This document shows, piece after piece, positions 51,410 through 64,000 of a stretch of DNA of 64,000 nucleotides. Under the pieces are notes generated by a model, which had not been told where the DNA came from, searched no databases, and saw only the letters and a list, made by a program, of their open reading frames with translations. Position 1 is the first letter of the stretch. Each line of letters starts with the position of its first letter. The position numbers and the translations under genes are program-made. This DNA comes from Felis catus (taxonomy: Eukaryota), in NCBI RefSeq assembly GCF_018350175.1, contig NC_058368.1, forward strand, positions 25,360,001 to 25,424,000. The letters run 5' to 3'.

Positions 51410-51772
51410 ATCCATATAAAGGAATATATAAAGCCATAAAAAGAATAAAGTTCTGATACATGCTAAAACATGGAAGACTCTTAAAAACATTCTGGTAAGA
51501 GAAAGAAGCCAGTCCTAACAGGAAACATGCTATATGATTCCATTTAATGAAATATACAGAACGGGCAAATCCACAGAGACAAAAAGTAAATTATAGAAGG
51601 TGGAGGAACAGGGAATCTGCTAATGGGTATGAGGTTTCTTTTGGGAGGGCATGAAAATGTTCTGGAATTAGTGGTGATGGTTGTACAACTTAGTGAATAT
51701 ACTAAAAGCCAATGAACTGTCCACTTTAAAAGGGTGCATTTTATGGCATAGGAGTTCTATCTCAATTTTTAA
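51410..51772 (+). mobile_element. Old L1MB-like 3' fragment
   Basis: Typical L1MB 3' UTR (gaaaatgttctggaatta..ggtgatggttgtacaac..tatctcaat). Confidence 0.65.
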
Positions 51773-52396
51773 AAGACCCCATTTCTCCTCCAGCTACAAC
51801 TTTTCTCTCCCAACGTGTTAAACCCCCCTGAAAGACTCACCCACACTCACTGCCTGCAGTCCTTCCCCCAACTCTCCACCCACTCTGATTAGGTTCCCAC
51901 AGCTTCTAGTCCTTACACATATAAAACCTGTAAGCTATACCAAACTTAAAACCAGAAATAAAATACCCTCCTTAGTACCAGCCTACTCTAATACATAACA
52001 CATGCTCAATAAAAACTAGCTGGCTAAACTGAATACATGAATAATAGTAAACACAGACTGAGCTCTATATTCAGTTCTTTAAACTTAGAAGTGTTTCATT
52101 CTCTCTCCCTAACATCGAATCCCTAAAATAACTTTTTTTCATTTGAAATGTGGGCCTCATTTCATGCATACTTCAAATAAAATTATTTAAAAACTTAAAT
52201 AGCATTATTTGAATTTTCACAAACAGTTCATTCATGTTAAACACAGCAACTTTCAAAATCAGAAAGGATTAAAAAGCAAAATTATAAAGCCATCACCAAA
52301 AAACTAAGACAGCAACTCAAAGTTTGAATTCCTGCTCATCAGAATAAAATAATGTACAATTTTTACTTTTTTGAGACAGAGAGCAAGCATGCACGG

Positions 52397-53014
52397 GGGA
52401 GAGGGAGAGGGAGAGGGAGAGGGAGAGGGAGAGGGAGAGGGAGAGGGAGAGGGAGAGGGAGAGGGAGAGGGAGAGGGAGAGGGAGAGGGAGAGGGAGAGG
52501 GAGAGGGAGAGGGAGAGGGAGAGGGAGAGGGAGAGGGAGAGGGAGAGGGAGAGGGAGAGGGAGAGGGAGAGGGAGAGGGAGAGGGAGAGGGAGAGGGAGA
52601 GGGAGAGGGAGAGGGAGAGGGAGAGGGAGAGGGAGAGGGAGAGGGAGAGGGAGAGGGAGAGGGAGAGGGAGAGGGAGAGGGAGAGGGAGAGGGAGAGGGA
52701 GAGGGAGAGGGAGAGGGAGAGGGAGAGGGAGAGGGAGAGGGAGAGGGAGAGGGAGAGGGAGAGGGAGAGGGAGAGGGAGAGGGAGAGGGAGAGGGAGAGG
52801 GAGAGGGAGAGGGAGAGGGAGAGGGAGAGGGAGAGGGAGAGGGAGAGGGAGAGGGAGAGGGAGAGGGAGAGGGAGAGGGAGAGGGAGAGGGAGAGGGAGA
52901 GGGAGAGGGAGAGGGAGAGGGAGAGGGAGAGGGAGAGGGAGAGGGAGAGGGAGAGGGAGAGGGAGAGGGAGAGGGAGAGGGAGAGGGAGAGGGAGAGGGA
53001 GAGGGAGAGGGAGA
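52397..53014 (+). repeat. Perfect (GGGAGA)103 hexamer array
   Basis: 618 nt of uninterrupted GGGAGA units. Confidence 0.97.
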
Positions 53015-53539
53015 GAGAGAGAATCTTAAGCAGGCTCCATACCCAGCATGGAGCCCGTCGTGGGGCTCAGTCTCCTATCCATGAGATCATGACCTGAGCC
53101 AAAATCAAGAGTCAGACACTTAACTGACTGAGCCACCCCAGGTACCCCAGTAATGTATAATTTTTAAAATTAAAATTAAAAACATAGTTACTCAAAGACA
53201 TTATCTATTCAAGTAAAACAACCAAGAAGGAATAAAAGTAACAAGGATCCAAAAAAAAATTTTTTTTTTTTTTGAAAAGGGGCGCCTGGGTGGCTCAGCT
53301 GGTTGAGCATCCGACTTCGGCTCAGGTCATGATCTCACAGTTCATGAGTTCGAGCCCCGCGTCGGGCTCTGTGCTGACAGCTCAGAGCCTGGAGCTTGCT
53401 TCCGATCCTGTGTCTCCCTCTCTCCCCAACTCCGCCTGCCTCTCCCCCACTCTCACTTTGTCTCACTCTGTCTCTCAAAAATAAATAAATGTAAAAAAAA
53501 AATTAAAAAAGTAACAAGGATCTTCTGATGATGGATTAC

Positions 53540-53638
53540 CTGTTCCATAGAAGGACAAGCAATGATCTGGGTATCTTCAGGGCTAAAATCTTCCTTCAGC
53601 AAAACATGGAATTTCTGGAAAACTTGCTGAATATTATT
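53540..53638 (-). CDS. COG3: COG3 penultimate exon (99 nt): NNIQQVFQKFHVLLKEDFSPEDTQIIACPSMEQ
   Basis: cttcttctttctaag acceptor, CAG|gtaatc donor; matches human NNIQQVFQKFHALLKEEFSPEDIQIIACPSMEQ. Confidence 0.95.
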
Positions 53639-53724
53639 CTTAGAAAGAAGAAGAGGCAATCATATTAAATGAGTCACCGGAAACATGTGGTTGTCTTGAA
53701 CACGAAGCACCAAGAATGTTAAAT

Positions 53725-53942
53725 CTTTTTAAGTTTTCATTTAAATTCCAGTTAACATACAGTGTGATATTAGTTTCAAGTGTTCTATATAGTGAGTCAA
53801 CACTTCCATAAACACATACTGCTCATCATGACAACTGTACTCGTTAATCACCATCACCTATTTCACCCGCCTGCCTCCTCTCTGCTAACTATCAGTTTGT
53901 TCTCTACAGTTATGTGTCTGTTCCTTGGTCTGCCTCTCTCTA
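53725..53942 (-). mobile_element. Carnivore L1 3'-end fragment
   Basis: tttaaattccagttaacatacagtgt...atcagtttgttctct is the reverse complement of an L1_Carn 3' end. Confidence 0.7.
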
Positions 53943-54913
53943 AGAACGCTAAATCTTTTTTTTTTTTAATATTTATTTATTTTGAGAGAGACAGAGCATG
54001 CAAGCAGAGGAGGGACAGGGATAGAGGGAGAGAATCCCAAGCAGGCCCTGCACTGTCAGTGCAGAGCCCGATGTGGGGCTCAAACTCACAAACCGTGAGA
54101 CCATGATTTGAGCTGAAATCAACAGTCATACACTTAACCCACTGAGCCACCCAGGCAATCCTAAAAGAATGCTCAATCTTAATGATATTAGCCAAACAGT
54201 GGAGGAAATGTATCTTTCATCAGATTACCAAAGACATATAATTTGTACTTAATAATTCACATGCTAGCACAACCTAAGACTTATCAGAATACACTCCCTG
54301 GAAAAACTAAACTCTAGTAATCCCTGTCCCCACCCCACCCCCACCCCCCCAGGTCCCCCCGAGAACAGTAAGAGCCCCCAGCAGCAATTTCTCACACAAA
54401 AGATAATAAAGTTTCCAGATACATAGAATGTACTTTAAAAATCAACCAATGCTTCGGTAAAGATGTGAGCTCAACACAGAGCTGGAAGTTATGAGCACTA
54501 AATTTGCTCTGACATTTAATCCCTGGGCGGCCACTGCAAGCCATTTATTTCCACTACTCACCAGTAAAATGAAGCATAATTCCTGAAATGGTGCTTTCTC
54601 AAATACTGGGCTGCATTCAATGTTAGGGTCTGATGACTTTTTTTTTTTTTTTTTTTTTACTAATTTGTACTTTAAGGTCAAAAGTATCTTGTTGCCATAG
54701 GTAACATAAAGAACTTAAAACAAAGGGGTGGGGAGGATATAATCAGGCAGGTCCTGGCTTGTAAGCCCTTCAAGAATCACAGTGATTATTAATCAACTTT
54801 CCTAGAATCGTATACCAACATTTTTAAATTTCACAGGAAGAAGAAAATAGTAGACACGGCAAGAACCCTTGAAGAGACTGGCCAACATTCAAATAAAATA
54901 TCACAATACTCAC

Positions 54914-55041
54914 CCTAACAGGTTTAAACAAGATGAACTCTGTATCTTTATTGGATAGGTACAACGACATACTTCTCAAGGTCAGAGGCAGCTTCGCTTT
55001 TATTGTCTTGTAGGCACTTGCTACAAGCTCACAGACCTTTG
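54914..55041 (-). CDS. COG3: COG3 exon (128 nt): (A)KVCELVASAYKTIKAKLPLTLRSMSLYLSNKDTEFILFKPVR
   Basis: ttctttccag acceptor, gtgagt donor; matches human TLRSMSLYLSNKDTEFILFKPVR. Confidence 0.95.
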
Positions 55042-55880
55042 CTGGAAAGAATGGACCTTGTTAGTATTACAAAGAAAAAGGGAAGAAACACTTCCATTTT
55101 CATTCAGAGGAATAAAGGGAGAGAAAAATGGCCAAAGAAAAGATCTCTATGTGCCCCCAATTTTATTTCACTCTTCCTATCTACCAAGTTTAATTACAAG
55201 CCCCTATAAACATTCACTACGTATCTGCTATATACAAAATTCTACTTCCAAAGGCTGGGGCAGCAAAAGAATTCCCCCAATACCCTTCAGGACACTTATA
55301 GGGGCTATAATAGTGTTCCTTTGGAATTCCTAGGTGACTGTTAAGATAAAATAAAAAATTATTTGCAGAGAGACACTAGGAAGAATTACTTATGAATGAG
55401 CTTACTCATTTACAGAACTGACTCACAGTAAGAGATGCTCTCTTGTCTTGTGAGATCATCCCAACAATATCCACACATATTTAATGGTAATTAAAAACCC
55501 ATCTGTTACATTCATATACTGTATTATCAGAAAGGGTAAAGAATTCCAGAAGACTAACTGACATAATTACGTAGACCACGGTATAGTGTCTGAAAAGAAA
55601 TACAAATGAAAAAGAAGAATAGTAATCTGTATGAGGTGATTTAAAAGAGGAAACTACCTAGAAAGCTGTAAAGGAAAAGAATGATTAATAATTTCAAAGA
55701 TGTTCAATTTCACTCATGATTAAAGAATTGTGTATTAAAACAATGGATGGGGCGCGTGGGTGGCTGAGTCAGTTAAGCATCCAATTCTTGATTTTGGCTC
55801 AAGTCATGATCCCATGGTTTATGGGATCAAACCACCCCCACCCACCCTATGCTAAGCATGTAGCCTGATTGGGATTCTCT

Positions 55881-55935
<55 letters not shown>

Positions 55936-58900
55936 CCTCCCTGGCATGTAGACACTCTCCCTCTCTCGTTCTCGCTCTCAAAAACAAACAAGCAAAAATC
56001 AATGGAGATATTTTTGGACTGGTAAAAATTACTAAGACTATGAATAGCCACATTTGGTTAAGGGTGTGCAGAAACAGGCCTTCTAGTCCACCGCCCCTGG
56101 AGTATATAAATTGGTTCAACCTCTCTAGAGGATATTAGGCAAGGTCTAGCAAAACTGAAAATACACATATACTCTATTGCTTAACACTGCCACTACTAGA
56201 AACTTACCCTACGAATATACTTACGAAATACCAAAATACGTGTGTACAGGGACATTTATAAAAGAATGGGTGGGGAAAAAATACTACATACATTATCTAT
56301 TAATAGAATTATCAAACTGTGCTACAGTGATGCATTCCACACATCCATTAAATAGGATGCACAGAGCTGGATGTGGCGGTATAGAAAGGGCTCCAAAATA
56401 CAGAATAAGTTAAAAAAAAAAAGGGGGGGGGGAATATAAGTATAATCTTATGTTTACAACATTTGTAAAGTCCGTATATGCTGGTACATATATAATAACT
56501 GGGGGAAAGAGACTATTTATAGTGGTTACCTTTGAGAGGACTAGCTTGGAGGTGGAAAACAGAATTACTTTTCGTTTTATATACTTCTTAATAGCTCATT
56601 TTTTATATCATATTCAACTTTTTTTTTTTAATTGAGGGTGGTAGAACGGGGTAAGAAAGTATCAAGGCTCTCGAGAAGAAAGAACAAACAATCCGGGAAT
56701 TGCTTATTTTTCATAGAACAGATGAATGCTCCTACAGGGCACTTAATTCCATGGGCTCTGGTCCTGTCCTAACACACTTCAAGAATCCCTAAGTCAGTTT
56801 TCAGAGCCCTTGGTAACCAAATGGTGGGTGTGAGGCCACCCATAGAGCCCTCTAATTCCTATGAAGGTGTATTTCTCAGAGTAAGTTAACAAACTGGCAT
56901 CCTAATTTATAACCTAATCTCCTTTGAGTCTATCGTGAAATGATCCCAGAAACCTGATCAAGTCTGCATGAACCAGTCATGTTGGGTGTCCAGGGCCCCA
57001 GACAGGTCCCTAGATTGTTCTTGAGGCTCCCACCCCAAAAGGGCGAACATCTCTCTGCCATTTGAAAGTGGACTTCTGGTCATACAGGTGAAGAAAAAGC
57101 AACTCCACAGCTCCACGCGGCTACACGGGACCGAGGATACGACCAGGCAAACCAGAGTGCCACTGCTGTATCTGCCAAACGTCCTCCCTCACGACGACAG
57201 GAAGTGGGTTCATGACAAAAGAGCAAGCCCCACTGCAACCTGTCCTCCTGTCAGCTTCCTTCTGTCCACTCCTGTTTTACTAATGACTGTGCTAGTAATG
57301 CTTCAGAGCACGGCAGGCCTGACACTGGGAGCTCCACTAAGATTCCGCTGGAGAAAATGACAGCCCTGCCTTGAGTGAGAGAGAATCCTTCCAAAGAGGA
57401 AAGAAAAATATATTAATTACGCATCAAGTCCCTGGGCTTGGATGTATTAAATACACCTATACCTGTCTGTTAGATTCTACCTCTTTCAAAAATAGCTCTT
57501 GCACCCCCAAGAGTTTCATTTGTATAAACGTTCAAAATAAAATCAGCTATTTCTAAATAAGTCCTGTAAGTGACTGAAACCTTGAGCCACAGTCCCAATT
57601 AGCCCAAGGGTGGTGAGAACTCCTTCCGGAACGGTGCTGACTTACGGAGTGACCAGTCTGATCCTGACTGTGAGGGGCCAGGACAGGTGGCTACCACCAC
57701 AGCCAACTCCGATTAGAATGTCCAGTGTTACAGTAAAAGAATCTCGTTTTCTGTCTTCTGACAGAACGTGCTACCGCACCGAGTATGATCTCTGTCCGCT
57801 GGTAACATAATGAAGATTTCAATCTCACACGTGATACAAAGGTTTCAAATAATGAAGACGGTAAAACATTCACTGTCTCCATCACAATGAGCAAAAAGCC
57901 TAAAACAGTCACAAAGTTTATCTGCAATAAAGCAAATCAAGGCAAACCTATATAACATCATCAAAGTTCATGGGACAAAGTTTTGAAATAAAATCCTGTC
58001 TTCCATTCAAACACAAGTGATAACTCTGCACATTTGCAAATCCTCCTGTGAGATACTCAGCTTCCCCTTCAGCTTCTTAGTTCTGGTTCAACTTCAAATT
58101 AACCTGAGGCATTAATAAGAATAACTGAAAATGTTTAGAATGGCCTCAGCTCTTTTCCCCAAAAGAAATAAATACCTGACAAACATTAACATTCTTTGGA
58201 TATTGAAAACCCACTGTATTAAAGACCTAACACCAGTCAATTTTTTATGGATGCTAAACCTGAATTTGGATCTGTCTCACTCTGAGCAAAAAGCTGCCCC
58301 ACCAACTCAGATACAGCCTGTCCGTAATTAAAAACAATATTTTTTTTTGCCATTTTGCCCTTTTTGGTTTCAAAAAATCTCTATCATGATATGGGCCGGA
58401 GAACGGCGAAAAATACTAATCTACCAAAACGCTTCATTCCAGTTTAAACGACAACTTAAAATGCCACAAAACAAACCAAAAGTAACCCACAATGTCAGGA
58501 TTTTAAATGTCTGAGGGCTAACTCTAAAGACAAAAAAAAATTTTTAAAAATCCCTCTGGCACAAAAAAAATTTACATTTAGGGAAGAGTAAGACTGGAAC
58601 ATCTCAAGCATCATCTGCCAATCAGACAATGATATCGTCTGCCAATTCCCCGCAAACACAATTTTCATAACTTTTCTCGAACACTCTAAAATGTTAACAA
58701 ACAGAGGAAGTAACCTGCATAAAATGTGAAACAAAGTAATGACCCAGCACTTCTTCCTTTACTACTTGAGAACAGCAGCGCCCCCTCCGTAATCTCGGAC
58801 CACCACACACAGAACTTTGATTAGAGCTCTAGCACAATGAAAAGCAGGTGTACAGAATCAAAGTGTTTCCATCTAAGCCACGTTTCATTTTTAACTCGCG

Positions 58901-59109
58901 TGTGTGTATTTCTTAATTCTTCTTTCCTTGGAATGCTTTTTGAAATGCAGGTAGTGTTGGCCCATTAAGACCTGTCAGCTCCAAACTACATCCTGCTCAA
59001 CACAAACCACAGGAGGAGCAGGAAACCAACTCGAAGCTGTCAGAGACCATATAAATGCAAATTAATCAACATCCCAAAAAAGAAATCCCAAATAGTAAAA
59101 TGTGAATAC

Positions 59110-59185
59110 CTGGCTGGGCCCAAGGCTGCTGTGAAAGAGTATACTTGGGTCCTCCCTGACTGGCCATCGTCTTTAATGCTGAAAC
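59110..59185 (-). CDS. COG3: COG3 exon (76 nt): VSALKTMASQGGPKYTLSQQPWAQP
   Basis: AG/GT boundaries on - strand; peptide matches recalled human COG3; phase fits next exon. Confidence 0.95.
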
Positions 59186-62100
59186 CTGGCGGATGAGACA
59201 AAAAGAAAAATGTCACCACTCTTGAAGGACACACGACACTATCTGAACCTATTAAAACGTAATGATAGTCAAAGGTGTAATCCTAAAAACTGCATCATAA
59301 CGCATAATCCTTTCAACTAATAACACATTTTAAAAATTCTTTTGTGATTTTAAAGGCCTATGCTGTCTTGACTTTGTCCTGAACACCAATGTCCTGAGCA
59401 TTTTACAGAAGGCAAAACTGAGGACCCAGGGAAATATATACACAAAACAGGTCTTTTTTTAAGTGGATTACATTCACATTAAATTATTACCGTATGCTGT
59501 TAGAAGAGTGTCACCCCAGCAGGACAAAATCTCCTTCACATACCTAGAAATGCTATTTTTACTTTATCACAGGCAGAGAGAATGTTATGAAGACAAATAG
59601 GACTTGATTTCAAGTAGCCTCAAAAGGCACACTCTACCAACCAGTGTTATAGGTAGATTTGGATGCCCGCCTTTCAGTCGTCTCCCTTTTCATTGCTCAG
59701 CCATCAGTACAGAGAAGCAAATCAAAAAAGTACATCTGGCTGCTTGGGCAAGTCTGTTCTTAAGATGGCAAATTATGGTGGGGCTAAGGCATAGTTGGGG
59801 AAGGTGAAGGACAAAAACCGCATAAAACATTTTTATTAATGGACTGTTAGGTGCCTGTGGTCCAGGCTGTGACCTTGGCCGCACTGCAGTCTCATCTCAG
59901 GAGAAAAATGTGAGAGCCAAGTCTTTCGAATAAAGAGGGCCACAAAAATATTTAGGCAGAAGATGGGCACAGACAGGACACAACATTAACTCCGATCCAA
60001 ACTCACACTCCTGACCACTCCAGGCCTTTGCTCATGCTGCCGGGTGTATAAAATCACCCCTTTCCTATGTCACTCAATTCCTCTCTGTATCTAATTTTTA
60101 TGCTGAGCTGCAGCTTTTAAAAACAAATCACATATAGGATTATAGATTAGACAATGCTAAAAGAGAAACATGCTCATGTTCAGTATATATTATCCAAAAT
60201 ATTTCCCAACATAAATATGTAAACATGTTCATAAGTCTACATTTATAAAAATAGGAACACGGTGCTTGGACATCTTTTTTTTCCCCCACTTAACTCTAAA
60301 TTCTGGACATTTTCTGTGTCCAACAGTTAGGTTTTAATAGTAATGACTTCCTATTATTCCACAGATTATTCCTGAAGTTAATCAATTTCATAATGACATA
60401 AATGCTATAGGTTTAGACTGTATTAATTATTTTTATATTAAAAAGCAACACAAGCTTGTATCCCCATCTCTGTTGTCTAGGTAATATACTTATCTTTAGG
60501 TCAAAGTGCAAAGAGCCTTTTCTTCAAAAGTCTTCCCCAATTAACCCTATCTTGTCCAAAATCCCTACGAGATGAACACAGACCCATCACTGTCCCATGA
60601 TGACACTGCTATACACTTCATCATGTTTACATATTTTCTATCTTAATTTCACATTGGGTTATATAACTCCTTGAGAACAAAAATTAAATTTATAGGTCAA
60701 ATTCTGTCACATGCACTACAATCAGAAAAAAATTTAAACTTAAAGTGTTGCTGCAGAAATTAATAATACTTCAGAGACAATATTAAGAATAAACTCACAA
60801 CACTTCAGTAAATTGCTTGAAAGAAAAATGAATATTGCCAAATACAATATTTTTAGCATAAACTGGTCCCACCAGGGGGAAACACCTTTAGCGTAGTTAT
60901 AAACTGGAAATGTACTTCCTTTAAAATGCTTTCATTTGGGGGGCGCCTGGGTGGCGCAGTCGGTTAAGCGTCCGACTTCAGCCAGGTCACGATCTCGCGG
61001 TCCGTGAGTTCGAGCCCCGCGTCGGGCTCTGGGCTGATGGCTCAGAGCCTGGAGCCTGTTTCCGATTCTGTGTCTCCCTCTCTCTCTGCCCCTCCCCCGT
61101 TCATGCTCTGTCTCTCTCTGTCCCAAAAATAAATAAATGTTGAAAAAAAAATTTTTTTTAAATAAATAAATAAATAAAATGCTTTCATTTGGATTTTTGC
61201 TAAAGGAAAACCTGATCTTCACATTTGTCATATTTTATTATAACATTTCTGCAGCATTTACAGAGTCTATTACAGAAATGATCTTCTGGTCCTCATAATA
61301 CCCTTAAGCAGGGAAGAGGGATACAACAGCCCTATCTCTGCTTGCAGACAAGAGAAAAGCAATGCTTGGAGAAATACCTTGCTACCATTTCACTCAGGAG
61401 GTGGTGGAAGGGGGCCTAGAGAGAGCTCAGCTTTCCTGAGTCAAAATTCTAGGCTCTCTATTATACCCATGACCAGTTCAACCCCTACTTAAAGGTTTGT
61501 TGCAAGCAATGTTCAGTACAATGGAATTCTAAAACAATAAGAAAAAGTATCATTTTTGAGTTGGACAGAAGATATCTGATCCAAATTGTTTTCATATGAA
61601 CTTCTGTCTCCAACATTCCCTTAAAGGTCAAATAGTTACAGAAAAAGTTATTTTTCAAGGAGCCAAGAAATAGGGCAATAGAACATATATGTTCTTCTAG
61701 CATTTTTTTTTTCTCAAGAAACTTCATTAATTGTACCAAAAAAATCAGGGAGGATGTTTACACCAATCAGATTAAGAGTCTGTAGAAATGTTTGTCTTCT
61801 GTATGTTGGGTCACTCTGCAAAACTTTAGTTTCTCAATCTGTGAAATGAAGATGTTCTACTTCCTCTAGGTGCCAGGAAGGTATTGAGAATTAATGAAAA
61901 CAAAGCATCTCAACAAGCAGACCCAAGGAAGAAGCTGTCTGAACAAGAAGGCCAATTTACAGCAGATGACAGGGAACCAGAATCATACCCAAGTCTGTAG
62001 GCTCAAAAACAAGTCTTCAGACAGCCTAAGAATGTTCTCTCCACTCACACGGTTTGTTTTATTATGCAAACCCATATATATTTTAAAAACCAGTCCAAAC

Positions 62101-63043
62101 TTAAAAACAAGCTGAGGACATTTTGTCAATGAGGCTTACACCCAAATGGTAAAATGCGGAGACCTCCAAGCATACATCCAAATCAGAGATGAAATACGGT
62201 TTCCTTTCTGCACCTACGGACGCTGCTTTTCTTGCAATCATTCATCAAGGTACAATCACTGGCTGCCTTATAAAATGCCAACTATAATAAAAGAGGCACA
62301 AGATTCTGCACTTGCAGATTTACCTTTAAAGAAAATCATTTTCAAGTTTTAAAATCGTTTATTCTGCCTCTGCTATTCTAGTAACATTCACCAGATAAGA
62401 AGTGAAAAATGTTTGGTCCACAAATTCGAAGAAGCAATGCCTTAAATGATCACATTTATCTGTGTGAACTCGAGTGCTTCCGCTGTATGCCTGTGCGTGT
62501 GTACGTCTTTGTCTCTGACTCACTGCACTCCAACAGGATGGGGGAAGGGACCTGAATTTGGAATAAGATAACATAAAAGGGATGCTCAGTCCTCTGAGCT
62601 GTAGTATCTACTAAATATTCTGACTGGAGTCTGAAGAGCAGTGAGGGACCGAGGTTGACAGAAGATAATGAGGCAACAGTGAATGATATGAGCAAGGGCA
62701 ACGCTGAGACTGAGCATGGGGGATGGGACTGACTTCTCAGTGATGTCCAGAGGCAGGGCCTTTCCCTCCCCAATCCCTCCATGAGTACTGTATTTTAAAA
62801 GAGGTGTCCCCGCTATAGATGTGTAGCACGTTCATGGAGAACCATTATATGATTCAGGCTTGGAACACATGTTTTCTACATAAAACCTCTCTTTTTTTTT
62901 TTTTTTTTTAAGATTTTATTTTCATGTAATCTCTACATCCAGCTTGGGACTCGAACTCACAACCCCAAGATCAAGAGTCGCATGCTCCACCGACTAGGCC
63001 AGCCAGGCACCCCATAAACCTCTAATTTAAAAAAAAATGTTCA

Positions 63044-63140
63044 ATGGGCACTGAGGAGGGCACCTGTTGGGATGAGCACTGGGTGTTGTATGGAAACCAA
63101 TTTGACAATAAGTTACATTAAAAAAATAAAAATAAAAATA
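63044..63140 (+). mobile_element. ~100-bp 5'-truncated L1_Fc-like tail
   Basis: gagggcacctgttgggatgagcactgggtgttgtatggaaaccaatttgac plus A-tail; TSD aaaaaatgttca on both sides. Confidence 0.85.
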
Positions 63141-64000
63141 AAAAATGTTCATAGTGCCCAGAGCCTTCCAAAATGCACAATTACAGAGTTATACCAGATT
63201 TACCAAACCTATACTAACTCACTTAGACAGCCACATCAGTGAATTTATATTCTCTTGACTTCTACAAAGACTGCTTTTCCAGAAAAACCCTTTAATCCTA
63301 GATTTCATTATAATCCACTTGCTTATGTCAGAAGATTCATTCTGCTGCTCTGTTATTGCAGAATACTCACCTACAATATTTCCCATCAGTATTAACATGG
63401 ATACTCTCCCAAAAATACAAACACATATAAGGGTACAATCTACACACATAAGGACAATTTCAGCAAAAACTATAATGACTTGCCTGTAAATAACAAAGTA
63501 TCAATACTTGTGCCATTTTTTAAAATTCAAAACCCAGTAAGAAACATTTCTACCACCCTCCTTTTAAATTTATGTGGTGGGGGAAAAACACACATACTCC
63601 AAATACTTAACATGAATGGACTGAAATCCAGTAAACATGTACCATATGCCAATGATAAACAAAAGAGGAGCTTGACTGCTTTAACATTTCTGTATTTGCT
63701 TTTTTGGTATTTATTATTATTTTTAAAAACAAATACCTTCTGACTTTCAAACGAAAGTCACAGGCTTCAAGCATAGTAGCGTTGATGGCCCCAGCAAAAA
63801 AAATTTACTCACAGACAATTCACTTAGTTGACTCCTGGTCCTTTCAAAGATACATCTGTCTCCCCAGTTTGGACTTAGGTAAGTAAATTTGAGATGAAAG
63901 GCTGTCATATTTTAATTCTTTTTATAATGTCCTCCAATACATGTCCAGACAGATAGCAGACGCTTAATAAATGAAAGCTAATTTCAAGGCTTTTTTAAGC

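Larger units (their letters stand above)
49317..63013. mobile_element. SINEC elements in COG3 introns: 49317-49470(+), 50030-50139(-), 52366-53148(-), 53279-53506(+), 53957-54160(-), 55749-55998(+), 60938-61175(+), 62890-63013(-)
   Basis: SINE heads and tails; TSDs e.g. aaaatgctttcatttgg and taatgta(c/t)aattttta. Confidence 0.88.

Noticed and set aside
52352..53084. 225/237-aa poly-RG and poly-GE ORFs
   Set aside because: Translation artefacts of the hexamer array inside an intronic SINE; no splice or promoter support
57691..57927. Minus-strand ORF as an extra COG3 exon or intronic snoRNA
   Set aside because: COG3 peptide is continuous without it; no convincing C/D or H/ACA boxes
58775..58795. 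CTCF-like motif (cagcgccccctccg)
   Set aside because: Only a partial match; not supportable without a PWM scan or ChIP data
59186..64000. Further upstream COG3 exons
   Set aside because: No segment encoding the expected upstream peptide was found; probably beyond the window end

Overview
This is mammalian DNA, almost certainly from a cat-family (felid) genome: it is dense in carnivore tRNA-derived SINEs (SINEC_Fc-like) and carnivore LINE-1. Two genes converge tail-to-tail. On the + strand is the 3' part of ERICH6B (FAM194B). Ten exons from 5569 to 41802 splice by hand into one open frame ending ...RSYLPD*, and there is one extra candidate 39-nt cassette exon. On the - strand are the last four coding exons of COG3 (59185 down to 48456, ending ...PSMEQLNLLLSVSK*) and a 3' UTR of about 1.9 kb. 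Gene identity rests on my recall of the human proteins, not on a search. The rest is introns and repeats: about 33 SINEs, a degraded near full-length L1 with nested insertions, MLT1 LTRs, and L2/L3/MIR/hAT relics. Most ORFs in the supplied track are spurious. I found no CRISPR array, RNA gene or novel multi-gene system. The best leads are (1) a U12-like minor-spliceosome intron in ERICH6B with a deviant 5' splice site, (2) one L1 insertion combining a twin-priming inversion, a 3' transduction and a variant poly(A) signal, (3) a perfect (GGGAGA)103 expansion inside a SINE in the last COG3 intron, and (4) a 77-bp locally templated duplication bracketing an ERICH6B exon. Repeat boundaries and subfamily names are approximate and assigned by eye.
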